A stretch of 62,000 nt of DNA from Acanthaster planci. Lineage: Eukaryota. Below the pieces are notes generated by a model, which was not told the DNA's origin, ran no database searches, and worked only from the letters and a program-made list of their open reading frames with translations. Positions 14,030 through 27,855 of the stretch are shown here, in pieces (position 1 is the stretch's first letter; each line of letters begins with the position of its first letter). The stretch is taken from assembly GCF_001949145.1 (NCBI RefSeq), contig NW_019091401.1:1612001-1674000 (forward strand), given 5' to 3'. Made by a program: the position numbers and the translations under genes.

Positions 14030-16850
14030 AGCCAGAGTGGGAAGGATGGGTGGGCACAGACTGTTGGGGTGGGTATTCCCTATTAGACTATAGCACACTA
14101 CTGGGGGAGGAATCCACTGTGCTCATCCTACCCAAACAGTGGCTACATTTAGTAGCACCATACCCTGGCGGAGGGTTGGTGAAGACACATTGAATGTGAG
14201 GAAACATGTCTAGAATGTCTAAAAGGCAAAGGGGGAAATGTCGAGGACCCACAGAAAAGAGGAGGAAGCCATCAGATAGATCTGGAGGTGACCCACTGAC
14301 TCCTCAGAGTCTTGGTGCAGAGAATAGGATAGTCTCACTACAGGAGAAGTCTCTTAGCAAGATGCTGCAATTAAGGTAACTGGTAACATGGGGTGAATGT
14401 CAAGAGTGTTTTCCCTCATGCTGCCTTCCAGATATCCTCTGAACGGATGCCACCGAAGAATATTTGATTGATACTGCCCTAATGTCATGAGCTGTGATAG
14501 GGTGATAGAGCGGCAAAATGGTAGTTGCATATGATTGCTAACTGTAGTCCCGAGATGGGTCATTCCATGAGGCTGGGGCACAATTTGTGACGGTGTCCTT
14601 GTTACATGGGTTCTTTTACCACCTGTCGTAACCTGTAGAGTACATGTAGGTCATTTTAGGTCAATAACGCACACCTCTGTATTCAGCCTAGCAATTTTTC
14701 ATGATCGAGGAAGAACCCCGGACGGCTGGTAAGCTTGTACATAAGGCTAGTGTAGGCTGCAGCCTCATCTACAATGAGTTAGCTGTTCAGATCTTTGATG
14801 TCAGAACGACTGAGAGGCATAGGTAAGCGGCAACAATTTTCGACATTTGGGTGAAAACCCGTTGGGCTGTCGAGAGACCAAATAACAGGCCAAAACTCAA
14901 AGGTTCTTCTGTTGTATACACATCACAGGAACTTGCAGTCAAAATAAGCCATTTTCAGGACGTCCCCATGCAGAACATTCTGGGACAGATGAACCTCTTT
15001 TTTCTTTTCTTTTTTTAAATGTTATTTCTATCTCTAATGCTTGCTGTTTGATCTTATTGGAGGGGATTGGAGTTAGATGAAGATGTGAGTCAAACGGAAG
15101 GGTACTTGTACATCTAAATCCGAAATATTGCTGAGAGAAAAAGTTGCGAGAACCCATCTGTCCGATGTGATGTTTTTTCAGAACCTTCCACAGAACTGTA
15201 GGCGACCCCCAACACAATCCTTTCTGCATTGTTTTGATGGGCTGAGAAGGGAGGGAGGCAGTGCAAAACTTGACTGGTGCGGGGTGGGGGGGCAAAAAGA
15301 ACAAGAGGAGTCGCACTGAGAAGGGAGAGGTCTGGATTGGGGAGCTCAGTGACTGGGAGCAGGCTGCTGGTGAGGAAGCGGTGGAGGAGTTTCACTGAAG
15401 CCGAGCCTTTGACTTGTTTCGATGCCCTTGGCCTCCTATTCAATAGTCTCTAAAATTTGACCTGCAAATAAGTCTTTTCCGTATGAGGGGAGGCTTTGAA
15501 TTTAGCTTTCATGCCCTCATATCGGATGTTCATTGCCTCAAGAGCATTAGCTCTGCGGGAAGATGTAGCAAGGCGGGAAAACTGTGAGATGTGCACGAAA
15601 ACAGTGTCGATGTTCTCATCCAGAGCCTGAAGAGCAACTGCAGTGAGGTCTGGAGAGACAGAATTTTTTTCACAAGCATAGGAAAGGTACTCCAATAAAA
15701 GTGAGAAAAAGGCAGTACACTGGAGACCGTGACGGGAGACTCTATCCAACTTGGTTATGGTAAGCAAGCTAGAGGTTGGATTTGTCACTGTCAAAAAAGG
15801 GGGTCTTGCCTGAAAACTTAACTGAGTCAGAAGCAGTTTTGTCTTTAGCAGCTGTTGGTAGACCAGGAATGGAAAGGAAATTGTTGAAGTTGTTCCGGGG
15901 AATTGAAGTAGGCTGAATTGAAAAAGGCCCTAGCTTTAGCTGGGCATAGGCACCATCGTTTCGTTTTGCAGTGGAAAGGACTTTGAATGTTTCCATGCAT
16001 GGGCGATCGTAGCTCTAGAAACAACTAGTGCTGAGGCTTCTAATCTGCTCGTATGATGTTTGGAACAAGGGTGAGACTGTGTCATCTTTGGCTGGTGTCA
16101 GATACAGATCTCTCAGATCTGGACCTGAATTATATGTCTTTTTGGAGCAGACACAAATTAACCCCAATAGGTGTAAGGCAGATAATGGAGTCTATTTCTT
16201 GGTCCCTGGAAGACACATCATGAATCCAGACAAGGTTTTGATGCATATTTTGGGTGGAATCACATGCCAGTTAGAATGTGGGTTAATTGTCCGCTGGATT
16301 ATCTGAGCCAACCCTGACAAACAATGCATGTCCGCATTGGACGGAGAAGGTCATGGATGGCAGATGTGGATCAGCAGGTAGAGAGTCAGGATCCAGAGCT
16401 ATAGCAGGAGTGTAAGATTCGGATCAAGGCGGCTGACCAGCAAAGAGAGAGTCCCAGAGTGGGACTGGAAATCAAAATAATACCTGAAGAAGAGGCGTTG
16501 GGATGTATGAAAAAAAGTAGCTTCTCACTAGTGGATCCAGCAAAAGCAGACGTGGAACCTTTGCATTTCTTATGCACAGGAAAATCCATGGAAGAATTCA
16601 CAAAGTTGGAAGTGTCAGAAGAATGATCAAGCTGCAGTTCATATTTGGAAGGAGGCTGTGCCTGGTGAGCTGCAGTGGTAGTGAATTCAAGGAAAAGTCG
16701 GAGGACCGAAAGCACGGCAGTGGGTTCGGTTGGCTGGGGATGCAGACTGGAGCGATGCTGCGGCGGATCGGCATTCCAATGGCGCATTGTGTATTCATAG
16801 GACTATGCCTGAAATCAGGGGTGAGACCGGACCACAATGAAAAATACATG
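14030..16850 (-). mobile_element. Decayed DIRS-type retrotransposon fragment (gag/RT remnants)
   Basis: Minus strand gives VGGRL...RWVL (~15210-15150) and IGLSTAQRVFTQMSKIVAAYL (~14883-14821), both DIRS RT motifs. 14127-14148 CCTACCCAAACAGTGGCTACAT resembles the terminal repeat of the element at 279. Limits approximate. Confidence 0.7.
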
Positions 16851-18059
16851 AACTTTGATTGGTATTATTGCACATGTACATGTATATCTGTATGTACAAA
16901 TACATGTACACGTAAACATTTACGCACGTAAACATGGTAAATGACATATATGTATTGCTGCATTAACACATGCATGTACCGGTATGAATATTATACGTGT
17001 ATACATGTACATTTTTATGCATCTCACTTAATGCATGTATTGAATATACATGTATGTACAATGTACATGTACATCAGGCACAAGTAAGGAGTTCCATGTT
17101 TTTTGCCTTTAAGATTCTGCTAGATCAAAACGTCAGGCCTTCTTTATTTTGTGACTTGTATTTCACATGTATGTAGGTCACTGTAGTCATGTCAGCAAGC
17201 AGTTTGCAGCAGTTTTGCATTTGCTCCATGTTTTTAAAAAGAAATTCGAATTTTTACCAATTGTTTATGAACACTTACAACATACTATGTCCTTTAGGCT
17301 TCCAACATACTTCAATAACTTATCACACTACAAGCATCACCAGTGTCTAAGCTTATTAATTTTTATGAGGGAATCTTTGTAATATATCATCGTCCCTTTC
17401 CACTTTCGTCACTCCACCATGTTCACAATCCACCTCCATATCCAACCATGAAAACTTCTGGGAATTTTTAGTGCCTTCATCAAAAGATACGTGTAAGTCC
17501 CCATCTTGGTCAATTATACATGTATGTACCGGTATTTGATATACCATTATGCCAAATTATCAAGAGTCACATATATCCTGTTACACATCCCAAAAATCAA
17601 CCGATATTTCTGTAGAAAGCCACATGGAATCCACCACATGTTCGTACACAACTCAAAATGGCATCCATGTTTTGCTGCAATAATATGTGCACAACACATG
17701 GCATGTGTTGCTGGTTTGTTTCACACTGATGTTCTGGACCATAAGCACACATCCCGTATATAGTGGGAATACACAATATACGCCATGCTGCCATTACCTT
17801 CACTACAGTTACCGGTACCCCAACATACCCATTGTGCATACCACAGTATTTCAGATGGTGCAACACCAGTTCGTATACTTCTTGGTTGCCTGTACTAGAC
17901 TTCACCAAGTCACACATGAATCGCATTTCGTAAATAATTCCACCAAGAGTATTGAACCAAAAAAATCTGCAAAACCAACACAAGCCAAGACCTGCAAACA
18001 ATGGGCTTGCAGGTCTTGGTGAACCTACAGGTGGCAGTGTGGGTCGTCTCAGTAGGCTA

Positions 18060-18470
18060 CAATGGAGACGTGGCATTGGATCTGTATTCTGATGGCACAT
18101 TCATCAGGCAGCACCAAGGGGAGCCGGCCCGGGAAGCACTATTGTCTGGTTCACACCTGGATGCCCACGCTGAAGAGGTCTTGGATGCCAGTGGGCTTTG
18201 GCATGTAGTGGCCACTTAGCTAAGCAGGTAAGATGCTGGCTTGCCTCCCTGCGGGCCTCAGGGGGCCATTATCAGTGGTGTAGTGGGACCTCTCAGCAGG
18301 CTGCCGTGGAGACGTGGCTGTGGATCCTTATTCTGATGGTATATTCACCAAGATAGCCCCAGAGAGTGATGAGGAGTCGGCCCAGGAAACACCATTGTCT
18401 GGTTCATCCAGGGGTGCCCATGTTGAAGAGACCTGAGGTGCTGGTGGGCTCAGGCGTGTAGCAGCTGGTT
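18060..18470 (+). repeat. Diverged ~240 bp tandem duplication, third copy at ~1770-2010
   Basis: Shared core TCTGATGG..ATTCA.CA.G...GGCCC.GGAA.CAC.ATTGTCTGGTTCA...GG.TGCCCA in both copies and, more diverged, at 1880-1965. Confidence 0.6.
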
Positions 18471-21108
18471 GGTGTTTAGTGGAGGATATGTAGGCTCACC
18501 TCCCCACAGGCCTTGAACCATTACTGGTGGTGGAGTGGATCGTCTCAATAGGCTTGCTTCCCTCTCTTGCCTGCTGCCAGGCCTCAGATTTCTCCAGCCT
18601 GCACAGAGGCTCCGTTCTCCACAAAGACACTAGCAGGAGACTGAGTCTCGGTAAGCTTCCTTCCCTTTCTCGCCGCACCTCCACTCCCTCCAGCCTGGGG
18701 CAGCATATTATAGGCAGCCTTGCGTGTTGCTCAGAGGCAAAACCCCAAATGACCGGGTGACAGAAATTAACATTAGCACACCAGCCAAAAGGTGGGAACT
18801 CAACAGTCGATTGGGTTGAATGGTTTTGCCTGACTGCAACTGTCGTATTTCTGAGCTAATATACAGTACATGTAAATTAGAGTTGCCTGGTTAATCCTAC
18901 AAAGGTACTTTGTAGAAGGAATTTCTTGTAGAATTAATGTAGGACAACCTGGAGTTATGCACATAAACACAAAAACAAAAAAAGAGATGCACATATACAA
19001 AATGGGTCGCCACGTTATGAGGGCATATGGACGATAAAGAAGTGCATCACAATTTGGCACAAAAATCATCTAAATCAAGGAATGACACATGATTAGGGAA
19101 AGGACAACACAGTGGAATGAAAATATCTTCATTCATAAAAAATTACAGTTGATCGGGTTACCACAGAAGATACAGTAAAATGGTAAAACTCCAGAAATTC
19201 AAAGATGCCAAAAATGGCACTAAGAAAAAGAAGGACAAATGGTAGCTCTAGAGAGCGCACTGCAGTTGATCAAGTTTCAGCAAATGGCATAAGGCATATA
19301 AGAAAATTTGCAAATGTTGCGACTATTTGGGAATGATTAGCGCAGTGGACTGACTTTTTGGTCAGTGACTACAGACAAGTTTTAAAACTTCAAAACAAAT
19401 CAAGCAGTCTCAGTTTCTCTTCAGTTTAGTGCGGGATTTGTACATGTAATGAAACTCTTTAACCTGAGTTATACCAAACAGCCATTTTTCAATTACAGTA
19501 TTCAGGTATGACACTGTCAATATACATGTACAACTAACAAGTGTGGCTTTGGTCATGACCCCCGGCAAAAGTTTGAGTTAACATTTTCTCAAAAGTGTCC
19601 CTTGCTCTAAGATATTGGACACACTGTTAGATTGTAAACACATGTCAGAGATAAGGAGAGTTCAATAGGTAAAGCATCAAGTTGCAAAAAATCACAGACC
19701 TGTGCAATTCCCACTCAAGGCAACTGTGAACTCAACTGAATGATTATTTCAAACCTCATTCTATATCAACAGTTGAGAGGCTGTGATTGTCTGTGTGACA
19801 GTGTGCAAACCACATTTACCACGATAATGTTATAACTGCGACTGATTTCACAAAACTTTTCACAAGGATGTGACTTCAGTTATGCCACATTTTGTTGTGT
19901 AAGTTGTGCAACAAATTAAGACTGATTTCATGAAACTTAACACACTGTTAAAGTTCGTAACTCATGCAACAAATTATGGTGTAACTTACACCTGCAAAAG
20001 TTGCACCAAACGAGATAAAAATTAACAATTTGACTACCGGTAACTTACTGTGTTCAGTTCAGCCTCATCACTGGTGAACTTTAATAAAAAGGCTTATGCA
20101 AGAAACATATAATTTTGTTGTGGAAGGTAATGAAAAACTTGTTTAGCTGTGAGAAAACTGCAAGATTTTCTGTCCAATTCTGATGAAGATGAAAACTTGT
20201 TCAAAATGGCAGGCAGAGGTGATTCAATGGCCGTTTGATGACTCTTGTTATATTGGAAAGGAACAACCGTTGTAAAAGCAGTTTTTGTCCTTGTCCAAGA
20301 AATTATAAAAACATGGCACAGCTGTACAACATTTTGTGAAATCGTAACTACATGTACATTGCTCAGCTACAGCTTATGTTGGTGGCACAAGGCTAAGCCA
20401 AGTTAAGCCAAGTTTCGTGAAATCAGCTGCTGGTCATTTGCATAACCACTGAATATACACAGCTACTGCCCTGTGACAGTTGCTCCATAAAAAGCCTGAC
20501 TACATCCAGTAACTCAATACAAAACACAATACTTTCCATCATTAAAAGGGGCTATCAGGAATGTTCAGTGAAACATTGCTAGATGTGTCAGTAACTAATT
20601 ATTCCAAATGCCCATCCCATCAGCTTTTTGCAAGTTAAATTTGAATAAAATCTGGAATGCTGTGTCATCTGATTGCACATAACATAACGATTTGAATTCC
20701 TCTGACTAAAGGCACAGTTGCTATACATGAACCTTGTGATCGGGGGCAAACTTTGAATAGCAACCACCATCTCTGAAATGGACTGGTTCCTTTGTGCCCT
20801 TCTTATCCAGGGAAAACAGTGTATTGGTGCAACACATCTCTTATGTAACTAAAGAAAAAGCTTGCCCCAATTCACGAGGTATGGCAACCATATCTTTAGT
20901 ATGGAAAATTGAAATTGTTATGTTCATGAGAATTTAAAGAACACAGTGAACCTGATTTTACTCAAATTGCATTCACAAAAGGCTTACTGGGTTACATGTA
21001 CTGGTAGACTGGTAATGAGCTCACTGGATGTCACCTGATTGCATATGAAGTATGGCAAAGAAAGAGCAAAGTGTGAGTGGTGAGAAATAAAACAAATGTC
21101 AAGCTTAC

Positions 21109-21370
21109 ATGCTGCAGCTACACCAAGAAACACAGACATCATGTACAGGCTCCATACTTTCAGGCTGAGGAAGATTGCAATAAATGCAGTATAGATGACT
21201 GCACTGATGAACATGGTTGCACGAGGACCTATTAAACTGACAACAGAGGGCGCCAACCAGTTGGAGAAGGCAAACACCCCATAAATGATGGCTAAACTGT
21301 AGTAACCACTCCCTTCAAATTCAGATCGGGTGCTGTTCAAATCCTGCTGGACACTCTCAATCACTGTCTC
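21109..21370 (-). CDS. MFSD11: MFSD11 coding exon 2 (ETVIES...GSGYYSLAIIYGVFAFSNWLAPSVV...VFLGVAAA)
   Basis: Acceptor ctacag, donor gtaagc; 262 nt, phase 0->1. Strong match to MFSD11 GSGYTSMAIIYGVFSASNLITPSVV. Confidence 0.95.
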
Positions 21371-22149
21371 CTGTAGCATGGAAAATCAATCAGAAATCAA
21401 GGCTTTTCTGCTTTTTAGTCATTCCTTATTCACTTCAGTAGGAAGAATAAACAATAACATGTAAATCAGAGATAGCAAAACACAAGATACAGAAAATCTG
21501 AAATTTCCTTATAAAAGGACTAGAATATTGTTTAAAAGACTAGAATGAATCCCTGAGGGACTGTTAAAAATTGGAATTAATTACTGTCATTTAACTCTCC
21601 AAAAGCATGCAATCACACCCTACATGTACGTAGTGCAAAACTCAAGCAGTAAATCAATTTTTATACAAACTGTGGTCCAAGCAACCCACAAATTGCACTA
21701 ACATGGGAGACATACAAGGAAACAAAAAACATCAACAGAACAAAAAAGCATCAGCTCAACAAACAAGCAAAAAAGACAGATCAACAGTCAACCAGCCAAA
21801 CCAGAAAAACAGTACAAACACAACCAACAGTCATGAGAAAAACAAAAAGCTTTTTCAAATTCTTTAGTAAATCTACTAATCAACCTATCATCATAACATC
21901 ATGTCAAATTGCATCTTTTACACATGTACCTGCAAGGTTGTCACCCAAACAGGCATGTAATTCAGGAGACAGTACTTTGAAGTCACATGACCTTTCACCT
22001 GATGTCATCATCACACCATGTCAAATGTCATTTCCTTTCTAGCTAGTGGTATTTGCAAAGTTTCAACCCAATCTGACATTTATTTCGGGAGATAAAGCAC
22101 ATGTACATGTGTATGTTGTTGTCTATCCTTTGATGTCAAAGATGACCTT

Positions 22150-22870
22150 GACTCCAACACAAATGGAACAAATGCAAGTGGATGTTGTAGCAGACGATGA
22201 GGTTGAGGTGTTTCTTGCCTTGCACACAGCATGTTTTCTCTGAGCCTCGACAAAACATCTTTTTTTCTGCCTGAACATATCCTTTAATGATTCTACTGAT
22301 GATCCCACCATGTGGGATGGTCTTAAGTAAGCGACTCCAAGGTGGGGGGGAGTCGATGTTTGGGTCTTTGAGGGACACTTTAAGACTGCCCTTGCATCGT
22401 TCCTTCTGTTTTCCGATGGAGCGCTTGACCTGACACAGTTTTCCAAATATCAGTTGTTTCCGTAGTCGATCCATAGTCGACAGTTTGGAATTCTGATGAC
22501 ATGGCCTTCCCATTTGACTCGGGCTTTCTGTATGAGAACATAGACGCTGGAGATGCTGACTCATGTCGGGACTTCTGTGTCAGGTATTTTGCCCTGCCAC
22601 CAGGCAGAGAGGAGTCTGCAGAGACGGTTAAGATGGAAATGAATGAGATATATGGCATGTCTGCTGTAGACAGTCCAGGTCTCACTGGTACAAAGAATCA
22701 TGGTACCACTACCTGGTAGATCTTCACCTTGACGGTAAGGCTGAGACCTTTTCATGGATTCTTCAAAAAGTTTAACTGGCCTGAGCAATCCTGTTGTTAA
22801 CTTCAGCGTCTGGTGACCTCTTAAACTCCAGAGGAATGGCAGTGGGGTTGACCGGTGATGCATTTAATAC
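22150..22870 (-). mobile_element. RTE-clade LINE 3' fragment
   Basis: ETWTVYSRHA...FHLNRLCRLL..WQGKIPDTEV, KWEGHVIR and KQLIFGKLCQVKRSIGKQKERCKGSLKVSLK..NID are typical RTE ORF2 C-terminal motifs; stops and frameshifts present. Confidence 0.8.
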
Positions 22871-24000
22871 GGTTTCGGGTTACGTCTGGGAGTTTGGAAA
22901 CCAGGCTATCAAGTGTGTCCAGCCCGGGATATGGAACAAAGGGGTATTGGTGTAACCGTCAGGGGATTTGACAACTTGTCTCCATTGAGTAAATTATGTT
23001 GGGGAAAGTGAGGAACTGAACTAATAAGATTGCCATGATTGGAAAAGAGGGGAGAATTGGACAATATCTGGAGTAATGATAAAAACTAGTAAGTGGAAGA
23101 AAGGTTAAAATGGTTATTGTGGTCCATTATTTTGCATTTTGTGCTAAGATGGTGTTTTCAGGGCTGTGAAAACTGGGCTGGAGAGGGAATTAAATAACGT
23201 TAGAATTGGGAAAATTTGTCAGTCTGAGCCGAGCCACAGAGGAGTTCAAATCGGGTTGACTGCTACACATTTGCACAAGGATTTAGTTAATGTGTAGATG
23301 ACTGTGACCGAACAATTAGCTTCAACTTCGATTGTGCATAAGGATTGGATACTGGCGGGACAAACTAATTCATCTGAGTACATGGACCAGTACTGTACCT
23401 TTATTTAAGTTTGTGACAGTATATCTCGGCAGGGCGAAGGGGTGCGATGGATCCTCATGCCCCCTCTTTGCCAATGGTAAATGTTATGCATTAGTGTTTG
23501 TTAGGGTACTTCAAGCATTGTGGAAAGTGAGTGGAGGCAATTAAACCAGCTAGAAGTAGGCAGAACCACAAATATCTTTGCCGGGCGTACCATTCCTTTC
23601 ACCGTCCCTTGTTCTCGGTGTAAACGGTCAGTGTATTTTCACCCAAACGGATCCAGGCCCTAGCCAAATTATGCACGAGCGGTGCAGCGACCGAGCTGAG
23701 TGGCCCCGGTGAGTCAAGGGTTCACAGTCCACAGAGGAGGAACCACCGCAGTACTGTAATTTGATTTTGGGGATTAGTGCAATATTGTTTGTAGACCATG
23801 ACAGAAACTGCTGATGAAGGTGAATCAAAGACGGTCTGATGAAGATTGTTCCATTAATACTTGTTTGGTTTTTAGTTTTGGATGTCAAGATCTAACTGGT
23901 ATCTACATGTCCTATGATTATTTGATGGCTAATTTCGAATAAGATCTGGTGGGTATCACGTCTCAGCCATAGGATGTCCCAATTTAAAGTTGCCAGCATA

Positions 24001-25267
24001 TTATGCACATGTCAATTGTAATCCCGGCCCAGGGGGACCCGGGACTAGCGGGGACTTAATGGGGAAGATAAAACAAGGCCAGCGTGATAGTCTTGGCCAG
24101 GTCCCCGTAATTTGCCCGGCCAGGGCGGGGCAACCTTTTTTATATTCCCCAGTTGATCCCAGGCCCCAGCATGCCGGGCTTCATTGTGGTAACCCCCTGT
24201 GCAATCCTGGGCATGGCGTGGCGGGCGTTGTGACCAATCCCCGCACCGTCCCTGCCCCAGCATGCGGGGTTGGCAAGCAACAACCATACAACCAAAAATA
24301 AATAACTAATAACTTTCATTAATTTCTAAAAGTCCGCTACTCTTCTGGGTCATTGCTAAGATGACGCCGAGTCGGTCCCTGTAAGTACAGGTAAAATACC
24401 ACCGAAATAAAGCAAAGCAAGGGGCAGCTGTTATAATTATACCAAACTTTGGCAAAACATTCGTCCGCATATCTGAAAAACCGGAATCAGGGGGTCGACG
24501 ACCCAAATCGCTGCATTCTTTCTTTGCGGACGTCTCGGAAATAATTATGGAAATTCATCCAATAGCAAAATTTGTTACACACTGTGTGGAGACCACTTGA
24601 CCAATTGAAACGCTCGTTATGTACATGTGGCCATGGCCAGTGCCAGCCCAAGAGACAATTATCAATTATCACAACACTTCATTCGTTTATTGAAGATTAT
24701 CTAGATAATCAATGATTTGAAATGTATCACCAAAAGACATGTGACCAGTGCTACTTGGTTGAAAGATTAAATTACCATGTTTTAAACATTTAGTAGTCCA
24801 TAGAAAGTGGCGGCAATGTTTGTAAAAAAGAAAGGTCTGTATATTGCACGCACTGATCCCAAAATAAGGTGTTATCTTTGTCAGGTTTTCATCTGTCAGG
24901 GTAGGGGAAACACTTTGTATTTCATATCGAAGCTCAGGGTTATAAAATTTTACCGATAGACGGTGTAACAAATTGTACAACCATGGCCAAGTCCCTGCTA
25001 TCGTGCCAGGTCAGCGGGGCAGCCATTGTACAACCCTGGGCAGTCCCTGCTATCGTGCCAGGTCAGCGGGGCAGCCATTGTACAACCCTGGGCAAGTCCC
25101 TGCTATCGTGCCAGGTCAGCGGGGCAGCCATTGTACAACCCTGGGCAAGTCCCTGCTATCGTTCCGGCTGGCGGGGCACCTTTTTTGGACATCCCCTGGT
25201 ACGTCCCCCCACATTTTCGAAAGTCCCAGGTCTCCTGGGGCCGGGATTACAATTGACAGCTGCATTA
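24001..25267. mobile_element. Non-autonomous DNA transposon (MITE) with ~45 bp TIRs
   Basis: TTATGCACATGTCAATTGTAATCCCGGCCC.. at 24001 is the inverted match of ..GGGCCGGGATTACAATTGACAGCTGCATTA ending at 25267. Confidence 0.75.
24973..25162 (+). repeat. Minisatellite, ~53 bp unit x ~3.6
   Basis: Unit TTGTACAACCCTGGGCAAGTCCCTGCTATCGTGCCAGGTCAGCGGGGCAGCCA starting at ~24973, 25026, 25078 and 25131. Confidence 0.9.
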
Positions 25268-27606
25268 GTCAAACTTCTGTTTCTTGAGCAGTCTCCAGAA
25301 ACAAATCTGGCAGCTCTTCTTCAATGAACCTTTTCAACAGATGATACTGTAGGCCTACATCATACATGTAGTAGGATGGGTTACTCTATTATCGCGGTTA
25401 CCACATCTCCCAATAGAAATAAAGATTACTTGCTCACCTTCCTGAATTATCCTATCTTTGGTGTTTTTTAACTTTTACTTGATTGATTCATACATTTTGT
25501 TCGTGATTCAATATATTTTCCTCTACGATAGCTTAGAAAAATTATCTGTGTGCGCACCGTATGCAAGCAGAGGTGGAGTCTCTATTATCGCGGTATCAAG
25601 AAATGGTTTCTACGATGGACTTTCGGGTACTTTGTAAATAAAATAAGAATGATTTTTTTCAGAGAAAACAAAATAGCCTCATTTTGTGACAATGTTCTTT
25701 TTACCCGTAATTGACTCCATTTTTTCCAGTCTTCTCCTTATAGGTGCCATATGCCAAGAGAACGAGATGGGAAAAATTGCACTGCATCACCTTACACTTA
25801 TTAATCCGGCAAGGAATGACTTCATTTTTTCACCACAATTTGTTTACCCCAATCTTAACTGTAGCAACAACTTTACGTTAATCTTATTACTTAAAGTTAA
25901 ATTGGTGTTTTGCTAAAAGAATAAGTATCGAAAATTTCTTTCTTTTTTTGTGGACTCATTCTTTTATTGATGTTTGAAACAATTTTTTAAAATGTCTTCT
26001 TTCTGTGTTCTACATGTACCGGTATTTCTCCTAAAGTTTTGACCATCTCGTTAGACCTGAACTATTTTATTCAAAATTTGTTACAAATTCTACATATCAG
26101 GAGCAAATTCTTCAAAATGTATTAGAAAAGCAAAACACTGCGACAATAATTCCAAATCATTATGCGCTAATTGCCCCGGGCGCAAAGGGTAAAAGTATGA
26201 CTGATACAAGTCTTTTGTAATGGGGTTTGGGGGCGCACTTTACGTACCCAAAATGTTTTTCAGCGCAGAAGCCCTTGATTTTGAATAAAAAAAAATGGGC
26301 ATTTTCACAATTAAAATGTGCCTTTAGACACCTTTGGCCATTTCGAAATTGATATACATGTATGGGAACCCAGCAATGGATATCCAAGGGCAGAGTGGTA
26401 CTAGAAATAACAGTTAAAGAGATAGTTGGTAGGTAATGAAGGACACGGTCACAGAGAACTTGAAAATTTAAGAAAAAATTACATCTTCTATTAAAAATTT
26501 CAAATTAAACTGAAACATGCAGAATTTTTTTCTGTTTCAATGAAATTTATCCTCAGGCCATTAATTATTGATTACCTGGGCGAATAGTGCCGATTGAGAA
26601 CTCACTGGCAATGCAAAATTCAGAATTTCCAACACTGCAATAATAGACGTGTAGCCCCGCGCAGGGCTATAGTGGCTCTCTTTTACAATCTGTCTCTTAT
26701 CTGTCGCCACCACAGCCCTACTTCAAGGCATGTCTTAAATGCCTGAAATCCAAACTGCAGGATTGTCACAAACTTTGAATCCTAATATCTTCCGAAATGA
26801 GAATGACTCGACAATTTTACTTACACTGGTGTATTCCTCAGAGTTTGGACTTATATATGAGCACCCTAAAGCTTTCCAAAACCATACATTTTCCAATGCA
26901 TAGCACCTTGAAAACCCAGCCTGTGATATTTACATGTTGACCATGGGTGGNNNNNNNNNNNNNNNNNNNNNNNNNNNNNNNNNNNNNNNNNNNNNNNNNN
27001 NNNNNNNNNNNNNNNNNNNNNNNNNNNNNNNNNNNNNNNNNNNNNNNNNNNNNNNNNNNNNNNNNNNNNNNNNNNNNNNNNNNNNNNNNNNNNNNNNNNN
27101 NNNNNNNNNNNNNNNNNNNNNNNNNNNNNNNNNNNNNNNNNNNNNNNNNNNNNNNNNNNNNNNNNNNNNNNNNNNNNNNNNNNNNNNNNNNNNNNNNNNN
27201 NNNNNNNNNNNNNNNNNNNNNNNNNNNNNNNNNNNNNNNNNNNNNNNNNNNNNNNNNNNNNNNNNNNNNNNNNNNNNNNNNNNNNNNNNNNNNNNNNNNN
27301 NNNNNNNNNNNNNNNNNNNNNNNNNNNNNNNNNNNNNNNNNNNNNNNNNNNNNNNNNNNNNNNNNNNNNNNNNNNNNNNNNNNNNNNNNNNNNNNNNNNN
27401 NNNNNNNNNNNNNNNNNNNNNNNNNNNNNNNNNNNNNNNNNNNNNNNNNNNNNNNNNNNNNNNNNNNNNNNNNNNNNNNNNNNNNNNNNNNNNNNNNNNN
27501 NNNNNNNNNNNNNNNNNNNNNNNNNNNNNNNNNNNNNNNNNNNNNNNNNNNNNNNNNNNNNNNNNNNNNNNNNNNNNNNNNNNNNNNNNNNNNNNNNNNN
27601 NNNNNN

Positions 27607-27819
27607 TATTGCACCTGCTGCGTAAATTGTGTCGAGTTGGAAGGAATGGATCACGTGGTGCTCGTAGACGGCAAGCATAAAAAGCTGAGGCACGCGCGAG
27701 AGAACGAGTCACTGCCCGATTCATCGTCTAAACTCAACGCGGACTTATACAAAATTGGATTAATTATTAAATACGACGCTGACGTCGAACATTTAATTAA
27801 AGTAGAAATCCCAGGTTAA
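27607..27819 (+). CDS. 3' end of viral hypothetical protein (5' part in gap)
   Basis: Open frame YCTCCVNCVELEG...VEIPG* ends 36 bp before the next ATG; no family recognised. Confidence 0.5.
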   Translation, partial: YCTCCVNCVELEGMDHVVLVDGKHKKLRHARENESLPDSSSKLNADLYKIGLIIKYDADVEHLIKVEIPG

Positions 27820-27855
27820 TTTTTTATCTTAAGTAAATAAACCCTTATATAAAAG

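Noticed and set aside
24973..25162. Tandem 53 bp repeats as a CRISPR array or repeat protein
   Set aside because: No unique spacers, eukaryotic context, and located inside a MITE; it is a minisatellite.
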